Source of the DNA: Syntrophales bacterium
GTDB lineage: Bacteria > Desulfobacterota > Syntrophia > Syntrophales > UBA2210
Assembly (NCBI GenBank): GCA_963662405.2
Contig: CAXXKT010000001.1
Coordinates: 1,312,001 to 1,376,000, forward strand
Length of the DNA stretch: 64,000 bases
Direction: 5' to 3'
In this document: positions 19,043 to 26,658 of the stretch, piece after piece
Numbering within the stretch: the first letter of the stretch is position 1
Layout of the letters: each line of letters opens with the position of its first letter
The notes under the pieces: model-generated
What the model saw: only the letters and a program-made list of their open reading frames with translations
Databases searched by the model: none
Told to the model about the DNA's origin: nothing
Translations under genes and position numbers: made by a program

Positions 19043-20431
19043 TTACGCGAATATTTTTCCGGGATTCAGGACCCGGTGGGGATCAAAGATCTCCTTGATG
19101 GCTTTTTGGATGCGGATACTCTCCGCAGAGAGTTCCATCGGGAGAAACGGTTGTTTTGTAATCCCGATTCCGTGTTCGCCGGAGATGGTTCCGCCCATAG
19201 AAAGAACACGTCGGAGCAGCGCTTTGATTCCTTCCTCGATCCGATCCCTTTGCCGTCGGTCTTCCGCTCCGATATTCACGTGGATGTTCCCGTCACCGGC
19301 GTGACCGAAGGCGTAGAGCTGCATTCCGTATTCCTCTTCAAGACCCCGCAGGCAACCAACCAGTTCGGCGATTTTGCCGATGGGGACCACGATGTCCTCG
19401 TGGAGGTAGAGGGGGTATTGCTCCTCGATCCGTAGAGAGACCGACCGGCGGATCTCCCAGATCCGAGTCCTCTTGAGGGAGTCGGGGGCCATGATGACGT
19501 CGCTTGCCCCCTGCGCCATGCAGATAGATCCGATCTCCTCTATCTGTCGCTCTATCACGTCCTGGACCCCGTCCGTCTCAATGATGAGCATGGCCTGTGC
19601 CGCCCGCGCCTCCTCAAAGGGGAGGAGATCTTTTGTAATCTCCAGGCACCGGTCGTCGAGAAACTCGACGGCACACGGGACATAACCGTTGATAAGCATG
19701 GTGATAACCGCCTCCATGGCTGATATCATCCGGGGGAAAAAGGCAACCGCTGTAGTGGTCGCCGGGGGGAGGGGAATCAGCTTGAGAATCAGTTTCGTGA
19801 TGACGCCCAGCGTTCCCTCCGAGCCGAGGAGCAGATGACGCAGGTCATAGCCGACGACACCCTTTCGCGTTCGAACACCGGCCGTGATCAGTTCCCCGGA
19901 CGGGAGGATCGCTTCGAGCCCGAGGACGTAGTCGCGGGTGGTGCCGTACTTGACGCAGGCGGGTCCGCCTGCGTTTGTGGCTGCGTTTCCACCGATGGAA
20001 CAGGTATCAAGACTCGCCGGATCGGGGGGGTAGAAGAGGCCGTGCTTTTTCACGGCGTTCTGGAGATCGAGCGTGATGACCCCCGGCTCCACCTCTGCGA
20101 TCAGGTTGTCCCGTTCGATGGAGAGGATGCGGTTCATCTTCGCGAGGGAGAGGAGGACTCCGCCGAAAAGCGGCACCGCCCCCCCTGTCAAGCCGGTTCC
20201 CAGTCCCCGCGGTGTGACGGGGAAACGGTATCGGTTCGCCAGGCGCATGAGTGCTTGGATCTGATATGCGGACGTTGCCTCGACGACGAGGTCGGGGGTA
20301 TTGGACTGATCCGAACCGTCATTCCCGAACTCGGTCAGTTTCTCCGGGTCTCGGACAACCGCTCCGGGACCGACGGCTGCGGTGATTGCGTTCAGGATCT
20401 CAGGGGTGATGGGCGCGTATGCAGGAGGCAT
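19043..20431 (-). CDS. FAD-linked oxidase, GlcD/D-lactate dehydrogenase family
   Basis: PRGLGTGLTGG, YPPDPAS, SIGGNAATNAGG, GHAGDGNIH, GEHGIG, LNPGKIF. Confidence 0.9.
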   Translation of the reverse strand: MPPAYAPITPEILNAITAAVGPGAVVRDPEKLTEFGNDGSDQSNTPDLVVEATSAYQIQALMRLANRYRFPVTPRGLGTGLTGGAVPLFGGVLLSLAKMNRILSIERDNLIAEVEPGVITLDLQNAVKKHGLFYPPDPASLDTCSIGGNAATNAGGPACVKYGTTRDYVLGLEAILPSGELITAGVRTRKGVVGYDLRHLLLGSEGTLGVITKLILKLIPLPPATTTAVAFFPRMISAMEAVITMLINGYVPCAVEFLDDRCLEITKDLLPFEEARAAQAMLIIETDGVQDVIERQIEEIGSICMAQGASDVIMAPDSLKRTRIWEIRRSVSLRIEEQYPLYLHEDIVVPIGKIAELVGCLRGLEEEYGMQLYAFGHAGDGNIHVNIGAEDRRQRDRIEEGIKALLRRVLSMGGTISGEHGIGITKQPFLPMELSAESIRIQKAIKEIFDPHRVLNPGKIFA

Positions 20432-20444
20432 CGTATCACCGTGT

Positions 20445-21116
20445 CTAGCCGTACTGCTCGAAGCCGGGGAGGTGGAGACGGATTTCCAGACGGTGAAGGA
20501 GCCATGCCGCCGCCGAGGTCAGGACGAGATAGATGGCCCCGATCACGAGAAATGTTTCGGTGTACCGGAAGCTGTCGGAGGCGATGACCTTTCCCTCGCC
20601 GGTCAACTCGATGCAGGTGATCATGTAGGCCAGCGACGAATATTTGATGAGATAGATAATCTCGTTTCCACATCCCGGGAGGGCGCGGCGGAATGCCTGG
20701 GGAAGGGTCACGAAGAAGATCATCTTGATCCGGGAGAAACCGAGCGCCTGGGCCGCGAGCATCTGCCCTGTCTTGACGGAGCGAAATGCCCCCCGCACGT
20801 ACTCCGACTGGTAGGCGCCGCTGCACAGCGAAAAGCCGAGCACCGAGGCCACGAAGGGGGTCAGATAGATCCCAATGTAAGGAAGTCCGAAATACCAGAT
20901 GAAGAGCTGGACGACCAGGGGAAATCCACGGAAGACAAGAACAAACGCATCACCGATCGTCTTCACGGTAGTGTTTCCATAAAACCTCAATGCCCCGACG
21001 GTTACCCCGATGATGACGCCGAAGATCGTGGAGGGGATAATCAACTGGACGCTGACCACCAGTCCCCTGGCGAGGGCGGAGAGGATATCAGGTTGGAGAA
21101 AAAAAAGTTCTTTCAT
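20445..21116 (-). CDS. Polar amino-acid ABC transporter permease
   Basis: FRGFPLVVQL, AYQSEYVRG, EAA-like loop GQMLAAQALG. Confidence 0.9.
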   Translation of the reverse strand: MKELFFLQPDILSALARGLVVSVQLIIPSTIFGVIIGVTVGALRFYGNTTVKTIGDAFVLVFRGFPLVVQLFIWYFGLPYIGIYLTPFVASVLGFSLCSGAYQSEYVRGAFRSVKTGQMLAAQALGFSRIKMIFFVTLPQAFRRALPGCGNEIIYLIKYSSLAYMITCIELTGEGKVIASDSFRYTETFLVIGAIYLVLTSAAAWLLHRLEIRLHLPGFEQYG

Positions 21117-21118
21117 AA

Positions 21119-21886
21119 TTAAGACGATGAGTTTCCGTACAGGTCGGTTATTTTAGAGCAGAACTCCCGTGTCCGGGCACAATCAGCCGTAAAGAGGATC
21201 TTCGCCGGAGGGCCTGTCTCCGCGATGACGCCGTTCTCCAGAAAGATCATTTCATCCGCCAACTCGCTCGCGAAGGCGATCTGGTGTGTGGACATGATCA
21301 TCGTCATGCCGTCGGCCCGGACGGCCCGGATAACATCCAGAACCTCCGATATCAGCTCGGGGTCAAGGGCAGAGGTTGGCTCGTCAAGGAGCATGATCTC
21401 GGGATCCATCGCCAGGGCGCGCGCAATCGAAACGCGTTGTTTCTGTCCCCCGGAAAGCTCGGCGGGATACTGGTGCATGTGCTCCTTGAGGCCGACGCGG
21501 TCCAGTTCACGGACGGCCCGTTCCTTCGCCTCGCTCTTGTGCATCCCCTTGACCCGCACCAGCGCGATCTGGACGTTGTTGAGGGCTGTGAGGTGATCGA
21601 AGAGGTTGAAGTCCTGAAATATCATCCCCACCTTCTGGCGGTAGTCGTAGAGTTCTTCTCCCTTGGCGCGGATGATCTCGGTCCCGTCAAGCCATATCCG
21701 TCCTCGGTCCGGTTTGATCAGGAAGTTGATGCACTGGAGGAGGGTGCTTTTCCCTCCCCCGGAGGGACCGAAGAGGACCTTGAGTTCCCCCTTATTGATC
21801 GCAAGGGAGGCATCCTTCAGCACCTGCTTGTCGCCGTACCACTTGGTCATATGTTCGATCCTGAGGATCGGTATCGTATCTGTCAT
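21119..21886 (-). CDS. Polar amino-acid ABC transporter ATP-binding protein (GlnQ-like)
   Basis: GPSGGGKST, LSGGQKQR, LLDEPTSALDPE. Confidence 0.93.
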   Translation of the reverse strand: MTDTIPILRIEHMTKWYGDKQVLKDASLAINKGELKVLFGPSGGGKSTLLQCINFLIKPDRGRIWLDGTEIIRAKGEELYDYRQKVGMIFQDFNLFDHLTALNNVQIALVRVKGMHKSEAKERAVRELDRVGLKEHMHQYPAELSGGQKQRVSIARALAMDPEIMLLDEPTSALDPELISEVLDVIRAVRADGMTMIMSTHQIAFASELADEMIFLENGVIAETGPPAKILFTADCARTREFCSKITDLYGNSSS

Positions 21887-21897
21887 AGCAAAAATCC

Positions 21898-22566
21898 TTA
21901 TGAGGAGTACCCCGGAATCCGTACCTTTTCCTCAAGTATCCGGAGCCCTTTGGTTCCGAGATAGGTCATGATCATGAACATGAAACCCGCGGCAAAGTAC
22001 AGGGGGAGGTGTTCATAGGTCCGAGAGGCGACGAAATGCGCGCGAGCCATCATCTCCATGACCCCCAGTGCATAGGCGACTGCGGAGTCCTTCAGGACGA
22101 TGGAGTACTCGTTCGACCATCCCGGGATCGAGAGGCGCAGGGCCTGGGGCAGGATGATCAGGGCGATTGCCTTCCGATCGCTCATTCCAAGGGCGCGGGC
22201 GGCCTTGATCTGCCCCTCGGGAAGCGACATGATTGCCCCCCGGAATATCTGAGACTGGTAGGCCGAGCTGATCAGTCCCAGTACAATAACGGAGACCGTA
22301 AAGGCGGAAAGGTTGATGTGCAGGAGCGAACAGAGCCCGAAATAGAAGAGAAACAGAAGCACAAGCAGGGGTACCCCGCGGAAAAACCATACGTAGACAC
22401 CGATCGGACGGCGTAGCCACCTGCCGCCGTAGATCTGCCCGACGGCGAGGTTGATTCCCACCACCAACCCCAGCATCATCGCCCCCGCGACGACCGCGAT
22501 GGTAACCAACGAGCCCCGGAGAAGATACGGGAGGGCTCCATACAATACGATTAGACTTTCCGGCAT
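21898..22566 (-). CDS. Polar amino-acid ABC transporter permease
   Basis: FRGVPLLV, AYQSQIFRG, GQIKAARALG. Confidence 0.9.
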   Translation of the reverse strand: MPESLIVLYGALPYLLRGSLVTIAVVAGAMMLGLVVGINLAVGQIYGGRWLRRPIGVYVWFFRGVPLLVLLFLFYFGLCSLLHINLSAFTVSVIVLGLISSAYQSQIFRGAIMSLPEGQIKAARALGMSDRKAIALIILPQALRLSIPGWSNEYSIVLKDSAVAYALGVMEMMARAHFVASRTYEHLPLYFAAGFMFMIMTYLGTKGLRILEEKVRIPGYSS

Positions 22567-22671
22567 TCAATCCTCCGGTACTAATAAAGCAGAAGGCACC
22601 AGGATACCCCCTGATGCCTTCCATAAAAGACTATGCACGTGAGCGTCCATGGACGCGGCGATATTCCGATA

Positions 22672-23427
22672 TTATGGTTTATATTTTTCCTGCAGCTCTT
22701 CCCAGTAGGGATCCGCCATCAACTGTTTCAACCCTTTGTTCATCATGTCGAGGAGTTCAGTGTCTTCCTTGCGGACGGCGTACCCGAAGTCCTCGCTGGC
22801 CATGCCGAAGGTCCCGACGATCTTGACGGGTTTCTTTCTCATTGCGTCTTTCGCGGGTGCATCATCCATGGCCGCTCCTATGATCCGGCCGTTGAGGACA
22901 TCTTCGACCGCCAACGGCGCCGAGTCGTACTCCACGAGGACAAAATCCTTTCCCTTGGCGATCAGGTTGTCTTTCATCCATTTTGCCTCGGTGGTCCCTC
23001 TCTGGACGCCGATCTTGTTGCCCCGCGACAGTAACTGATCCACCGTCTGGAGGCACTCCTTCTTGGACACAATCACCTGGGCGATTTTCCAGTAGGGAAT
23101 GGTGAAATTGACCTGTCCTTTTCGCTTCTCGGTGATGCTCATGCCGGAGGCGACCATGTCGATCTTCTTCGCGCGCAGGCTCGGAATGATACCATCCCAG
23201 TCCATCGGCTGGTGTTTAACCGTGAACCCCATCTTCTGGGCAATCCAATCGACCGCTTTGACATCGAACCCATCCGGGACACCGTTCTTGTCAACATAGG
23301 CGAAGGGAGGAAAGTTGGCATCGATACCATTGATGTATACCTTCTCCGCCGCGAGACAGGTGGCGCCGCCTGCGATCAGGGAGACGGCGACACAGACGAC
23401 CAGGAACCTGACTATTTGCTTTACCAT
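22672..23427 (-). CDS. Polar amino-acid ABC transporter substrate-binding protein (SBP_bac_3)
   Basis: Signal peptide, DANFPPF, GFDV, WDGIIPSL, GMSITEKR. Confidence 0.92.
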   Translation of the reverse strand: MVKQIVRFLVVCVAVSLIAGGATCLAAEKVYINGIDANFPPFAYVDKNGVPDGFDVKAVDWIAQKMGFTVKHQPMDWDGIIPSLRAKKIDMVASGMSITEKRKGQVNFTIPYWKIAQVIVSKKECLQTVDQLLSRGNKIGVQRGTTEAKWMKDNLIAKGKDFVLVEYDSAPLAVEDVLNGRIIGAAMDDAPAKDAMRKKPVKIVGTFGMASEDFGYAVRKEDTELLDMMNKGLKQLMADPYWEELQEKYKP

Positions 23428-23501
23428 GAGAAGCCCTCCTTGGTAGGTATAAAAGCATGAAACCGCGGGGCGAACATGCGATGCATGTTGCGCCTGAAAA
23501 A

Positions 23502-23577
23502 TGGTGGAGATGAGGGGGATCGAACCCCTGACCTCGGCATTGCGAACGCCGCGCTCTCCCAGCTGAGCTACATCCCC
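23502..23577 (-). tRNA. tRNA-Ala (anticodon CGC)
   Basis: Minus strand GGGGATGTAGCTCAGCTGGGAGAGCGCGGCGTTCGCAATGCCGAGGTCAGGGGTTCGATCCCCCTCATCTCCACCA: 76 nt, G3:U70, encoded CCA. Confidence 0.97.
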
Positions 23578-23660
23578 ACTGAACCACCGTCAGGTGAAAC
23601 TGCATATCCTATCTGCAGAGGATATGTCAAGCAATTGTTGGTTGAATCGCGACCCTTCTC

Positions 23661-24617
23661 TCAGGAAAACACCCCCAGAGCGCGAGCCTGTTTGTACGTT
23701 GCCCGGGCCTCTTCGTCCCATCCCAGTGCCTCGCATGATTTTACCAGATTGAGATAGTGGAAGGGGTTTTTCGGATCCGCCGCGAGGGCCTTCTTGAAGG
23801 CTTCCACCGCTCGATCGTGGTGTCCTTCACCGGCGAGTGTATTTCCCAGACGGTTGTAATACCCTCCCGTCGAGGCCGGATCGCGTCGAACGGCTTCTTC
23901 ATATGCCTCTTCGGCATCGGCAATCCTTTCCCTGCTGACGAGGATGTCACCGAGGCTGCAATACACAAGCGGTTGATCGGGCTTGTGTCGCAACGATTTC
24001 CTCAGGGCAGTCTCCGCGCGTCCCCGTTCTCCTTTATGGAACAGAGTGTTTGCCAGGGCGCTATAAAATCGGTGTGCCTCAGACGGCTCTATCGAAACCG
24101 CCCTTTCATACGCTTTCTCGGCGTCGTCGTAGTCTCCAGTCTCGATCCGGGCATCACCGAGGCGGCAGCAGAGTGCCGAGGCATCCGGCTCCAGCTCGAT
24201 GAGAGCGGAGAAGATCTCGGCGGCCTCGGCCGGCTTTCCCGCCTCCAGATATGCATCTCCCAGGGAGGTCCTGATAGAGAGGTCATCGGGTTGGACGGCG
24301 GCCGCCCGTTCGCAGATGGCGATCAGCCGATCGTGATGGCCCTCGTCTCGGTAGATACGTACCAGTTCGTCAAAGGCAAAACCGGTAAAAGTTGCCCTGT
24401 TCAGTTCTTTTTCCAGGAGACCTTCCAGACAGCGGATCGCATCGGTCACCTTCCCGCTGTCGCGATAGGCCCAGGCCAGAGACATGACGATTGATTCATC
24501 TTCCGGGTGTGCCTCCGCCAGTTTAAGATACAGGTCAATTGCCTCGCCGTAGCGCCCCTCGCTGACGTACCGGTCCGCCTGATCATAAAAGGCGTCGATG
24601 TTCGTTGTAATGGTCAT
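23661..24617 (-). CDS. Tetratricopeptide repeat protein
   Basis: Multiple TPR units (e.g. LGDAYLEAGKPAEAAEIF, LGNTLAGEGHHDRAVEAFKKAL); start ATG 24617 supported by the upstream promoter. Confidence 0.85.
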   Translation of the reverse strand: MTITTNIDAFYDQADRYVSEGRYGEAIDLYLKLAEAHPEDESIVMSLAWAYRDSGKVTDAIRCLEGLLEKELNRATFTGFAFDELVRIYRDEGHHDRLIAICERAAAVQPDDLSIRTSLGDAYLEAGKPAEAAEIFSALIELEPDASALCCRLGDARIETGDYDDAEKAYERAVSIEPSEAHRFYSALANTLFHKGERGRAETALRKSLRHKPDQPLVYCSLGDILVSRERIADAEEAYEEAVRRDPASTGGYYNRLGNTLAGEGHHDRAVEAFKKALAADPKNPFHYLNLVKSCEALGWDEEARATYKQARALGVFS

Positions 24618-24644
24618 GGTACAAATCCTGACAATTTTCGGCGA

Positions 24645-24673
24645 TTTATACATTAAACGCCCGGACAAGTCAA
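24645..24673 (-). promoter_or_regulatory. Sigma70-type promoter of the TPR gene
   Basis: Minus strand TTGACT-17 nt-TATAAA. Confidence 0.6.
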
Positions 24674-24932
24674 CCCCATATACTCGGGGGGACGCATCTG
24701 TGGAATGATTCCTGTACCGTGCAGCCGCAATCTTTCCCGCAATCCCTGTTTCCCGAAATCCCTTGACAAATATCGCAACGTGCGTAGTATCTGGGCGTTG
24801 CATTCATTCAGACGTGGCCATACAGAGAGAGCACTTTTTGGCGAAAAAGAGCGTTCTTTATCCTGAAACTTACTGGAGTGAGGAAAAGAGACCTCACCAA
24901 TAAATTTTCCCCTGAGACGAAGGAGCGTATCT

Positions 24933-25208
24933 GTGGAGAAACTTCACAACTTCCTTGAACACCCCATCACCAATGTTGTCACCGCGCTTATCCTGATTGC
25001 CGCCAGCCTCGCCGAAGGTTGGGGTTCCCTCATAGATGATTTGACCGCATGCAACTTCGGGGTGCACCATGGGGTCCTTGTCTTTGGCGTTATCATGCTG
25101 CTGAAGGGAGTTGTCGAAGCCCTGGAAACCATCAGCCGGGCACACCGGAAGCTGAAGAGAGAACACGGGGGGGCAGTCATTGAAAAAATTCAATCGACGA
25201 ACATATAA
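24933..25208 (+). CDS. Small two-TM hypothetical membrane protein
   Basis: GTG start with AAGGAG RBS; two hydrophobic segments around GVHHGV. Confidence 0.55.
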   Translation: MEKLHNFLEHPITNVVTALILIAASLAEGWGSLIDDLTACNFGVHHGVLVFGVIMLLKGVVEALETISRAHRKLKREHGGAVIEKIQSTNI

Positions 25209-25662
25209 GAATATATCGACCTTTGTTGCTGACTTGAAGGCCATAATTGCAAAACGAGATCTCGTAAGACCTCTGATACGTGGAAAAATCATCAATGGGG
25301 CATTTCGGGAGCGTCTGATGCTGGCTGTCACGGCGGTGAACGGCTGCACGTATTGTACGTATGCCCATGCGAGGCGAGCATTAGTCGAAGGGCTTGATGA
25401 AGATGAAGTGAGGGCGCTGAAAGATGGGATGGTGGAAGATTGTCCAACAAATGAATTGCCCGGGTTGCTATATGCTCAACACTGGGCGGAAACACACGGT
25501 CGTCCCGCAGTGGCGGCTCGTGAGCGGCTTATTGCTGAGTACGATGAAGAGACGGTGAGGGCGATAGAGTTGACACTCCAGACCGTGCAGATGGGGAACT
25601 TACTGGGAAACACGATGGATTGGTTTCTCTATCGGTTGTCGTGTGGGCACTTAGGAGTGTAG
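25180..25662 (+). CDS. Carboxymuconolactone decarboxylase / AhpD-like protein
   Basis: RERLMLAVTAVNGCTYCTYAH (ExxxxxxxxxNxCxxCxxxH) signature. Confidence 0.85.
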   Translation: MKKFNRRTYKNISTFVADLKAIIAKRDLVRPLIRGKIINGAFRERLMLAVTAVNGCTYCTYAHARRALVEGLDEDEVRALKDGMVEDCPTNELPGLLYAQHWAETHGRPAVAARERLIAEYDEETVRAIELTLQTVQMGNLLGNTMDWFLYRLSCGHLGV

Positions 25663-25779
25663 GGTAAATAAGAAGACACAGGACGCATAGCCTGACAAGA
25701 CGGTTTTCCATGAGCCGGGGATTGACCGGATTCCTTAAGATATGAATCACCCTATTTATACTGGAGGTATACGGAGAGA

Positions 25780-26253
25780 ATGGGTGTTGATCGTGCACAA
25801 TTGGCGGATTTTGATGCGTGGATCACACTCGCGCGGGAAGTCGAACCATTATTTGGCCCCATGGCGGATAAAGTGGCTTTTCACGATGCCTTGCGACGGG
25901 CGATTTTTGGAAAGGCAGCTTTCTGCATCCGCTCAGCTCCCAATGAAAACGATCGGCCCTTAAAAGGCGGCATAGTTATTTCAAGAGAGGCAAGCGCGAT
26001 AGAATGGTTTGCCGTTTCGGCTCAATACCGCAGCAGGGGCTATGGCAGGCAATTACTTCAACGTGCACTCGGTGAGCTGAATCCTCACGAAGGCATATGG
26101 GTGCAGACATTTAATGGATCGGTTCGTGAAGGAAAGGCTGCCAGGAAGCTGTACTCTGATTTTGGATTTGCCGACTATCAAAATGGCGGCTTAAATCCGG
26201 CAGGGGTGCCGACGGTCGTCATGCGGTTGGCACAGCCCGATATCGTCTCATAG
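25780..26253 (+). CDS. GNAT-family N-acetyltransferase
   Basis: FAVSAQYRSRGYGRQLL acetyl-CoA motif A; ARKLYSDFGF motif B. Confidence 0.85.
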   Translation: MGVDRAQLADFDAWITLAREVEPLFGPMADKVAFHDALRRAIFGKAAFCIRSAPNENDRPLKGGIVISREASAIEWFAVSAQYRSRGYGRQLLQRALGELNPHEGIWVQTFNGSVREGKAARKLYSDFGFADYQNGGLNPAGVPTVVMRLAQPDIVS

Positions 26254-26277
26254 CACCTCCTCACAGGTGGCTATTGT

Positions 26278-26331
26278 AACCCGGACAGATTACGTGCTAC
26301 AAACCCGGACATATTACGTGCTCCTGAAACA
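26278..26331. mobile_element. Orphan IS-like terminal sequence (two 21-bp direct repeats ending ...GAAACA); alternatively a tandem operator
   Basis: AACCCGGACAGATTACGTGCT (26278-26298) and AACCCGGACATATTACGTGCT (26302-26322), 20/21 identical. Confidence 0.5.
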
Positions 26332-26346
26332 CTGTTGAAAATTCTC

Positions 26347-26374
26347 TTGACAAATGGATTGTTTTGTATAGAAT
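26347..26374 (+). promoter_or_regulatory. Sigma70 promoter of the ilv leader/ilvBN operon
   Basis: TTGACA-16 nt-TAGAAT upstream of the GAGGAG RBS of the leader. Confidence 0.6.
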
Positions 26375-26407
26375 CGATTTCCACCTTAGCTTGAGGAGCA
26401 GTGAACA

Positions 26408-26488
26408 GTGAGTCGTCTGTTTGGATTAACGGTAGTCCTTTTGAACGTACTTGTACTCGTCGTAGTACTTACGGGGACCGCCGCTTGA
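26408..26488 (+). CDS. ilv attenuator leader peptide MSRLFGLTVVLLNVLVLVVVLTGTAA (26 aa)
   Basis: GTG start after GAGGAG; 7 Leu + 7 Val codons; ends inside the antiterminator arm; not in the supplied ORF track. Confidence 0.85.
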   Translation: MSRLFGLTVVLLNVLVLVVVLTGTAA

Positions 26489-26527
26489 TCCGGATGAATT
26501 AAAAGAAAAAATCAAGCCGCGGGCCCC
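26473..26527 (+). promoter_or_regulatory. Antiterminator helix of the ilv attenuator
   Basis: GGGGACCGCCGCTTGAT (26473-26489) is complementary at 15/17 positions to ATCAAGCCGCGGGCCCC (26511-26527), which overlaps the 5' arm of terminator 1. Confidence 0.8.
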
Positions 26528-26546
26528 AAACCCCGCGGCTTTTTTT
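26514..26546 (+). terminator. Intrinsic terminator 1 of the ilv attenuator
   Basis: AAGCCGCGGG-loop-CCCGCGGCTT followed by T-tract. Confidence 0.85.
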
Positions 26547-26549
26547 GCG

Positions 26550-26589
26550 AAAAAGCCGCATCTCGAAAAAAGAGCCTGCGGCTTTTTTT
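26550..26589 (+). terminator. Intrinsic terminator 2 (tandem) of the ilv attenuator
   Basis: AAAAAGCCGCA...TGCGGCTTTTTTT. Confidence 0.75.
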
Positions 26590-26658
26590 ATAGCTTCATT
26601 TCCCCGTGAGTAAAGGGAAGCGGGGCGTACGACAATACGGAGATCAGGAAGGGAAGAC

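Noticed and set aside
23502..23577. tRNA as an integration site for the accessory region
   Set aside because: No integrase and no convincing duplicate of the tRNA 3' end; the ~11-nt ATGGTGGAGAT match near 62413 is too short and on the wrong side.
24804..24932. Possible riboswitch upstream of the small membrane/AhpD genes
   Set aside because: Two small hairpins but no consensus of a riboswitch class that I can recognise.
25180..25662. Possible selenoprotein in the AhpD-like gene
   Set aside because: The CxxC is encoded by TGC/TGT; there is no in-frame TGA.
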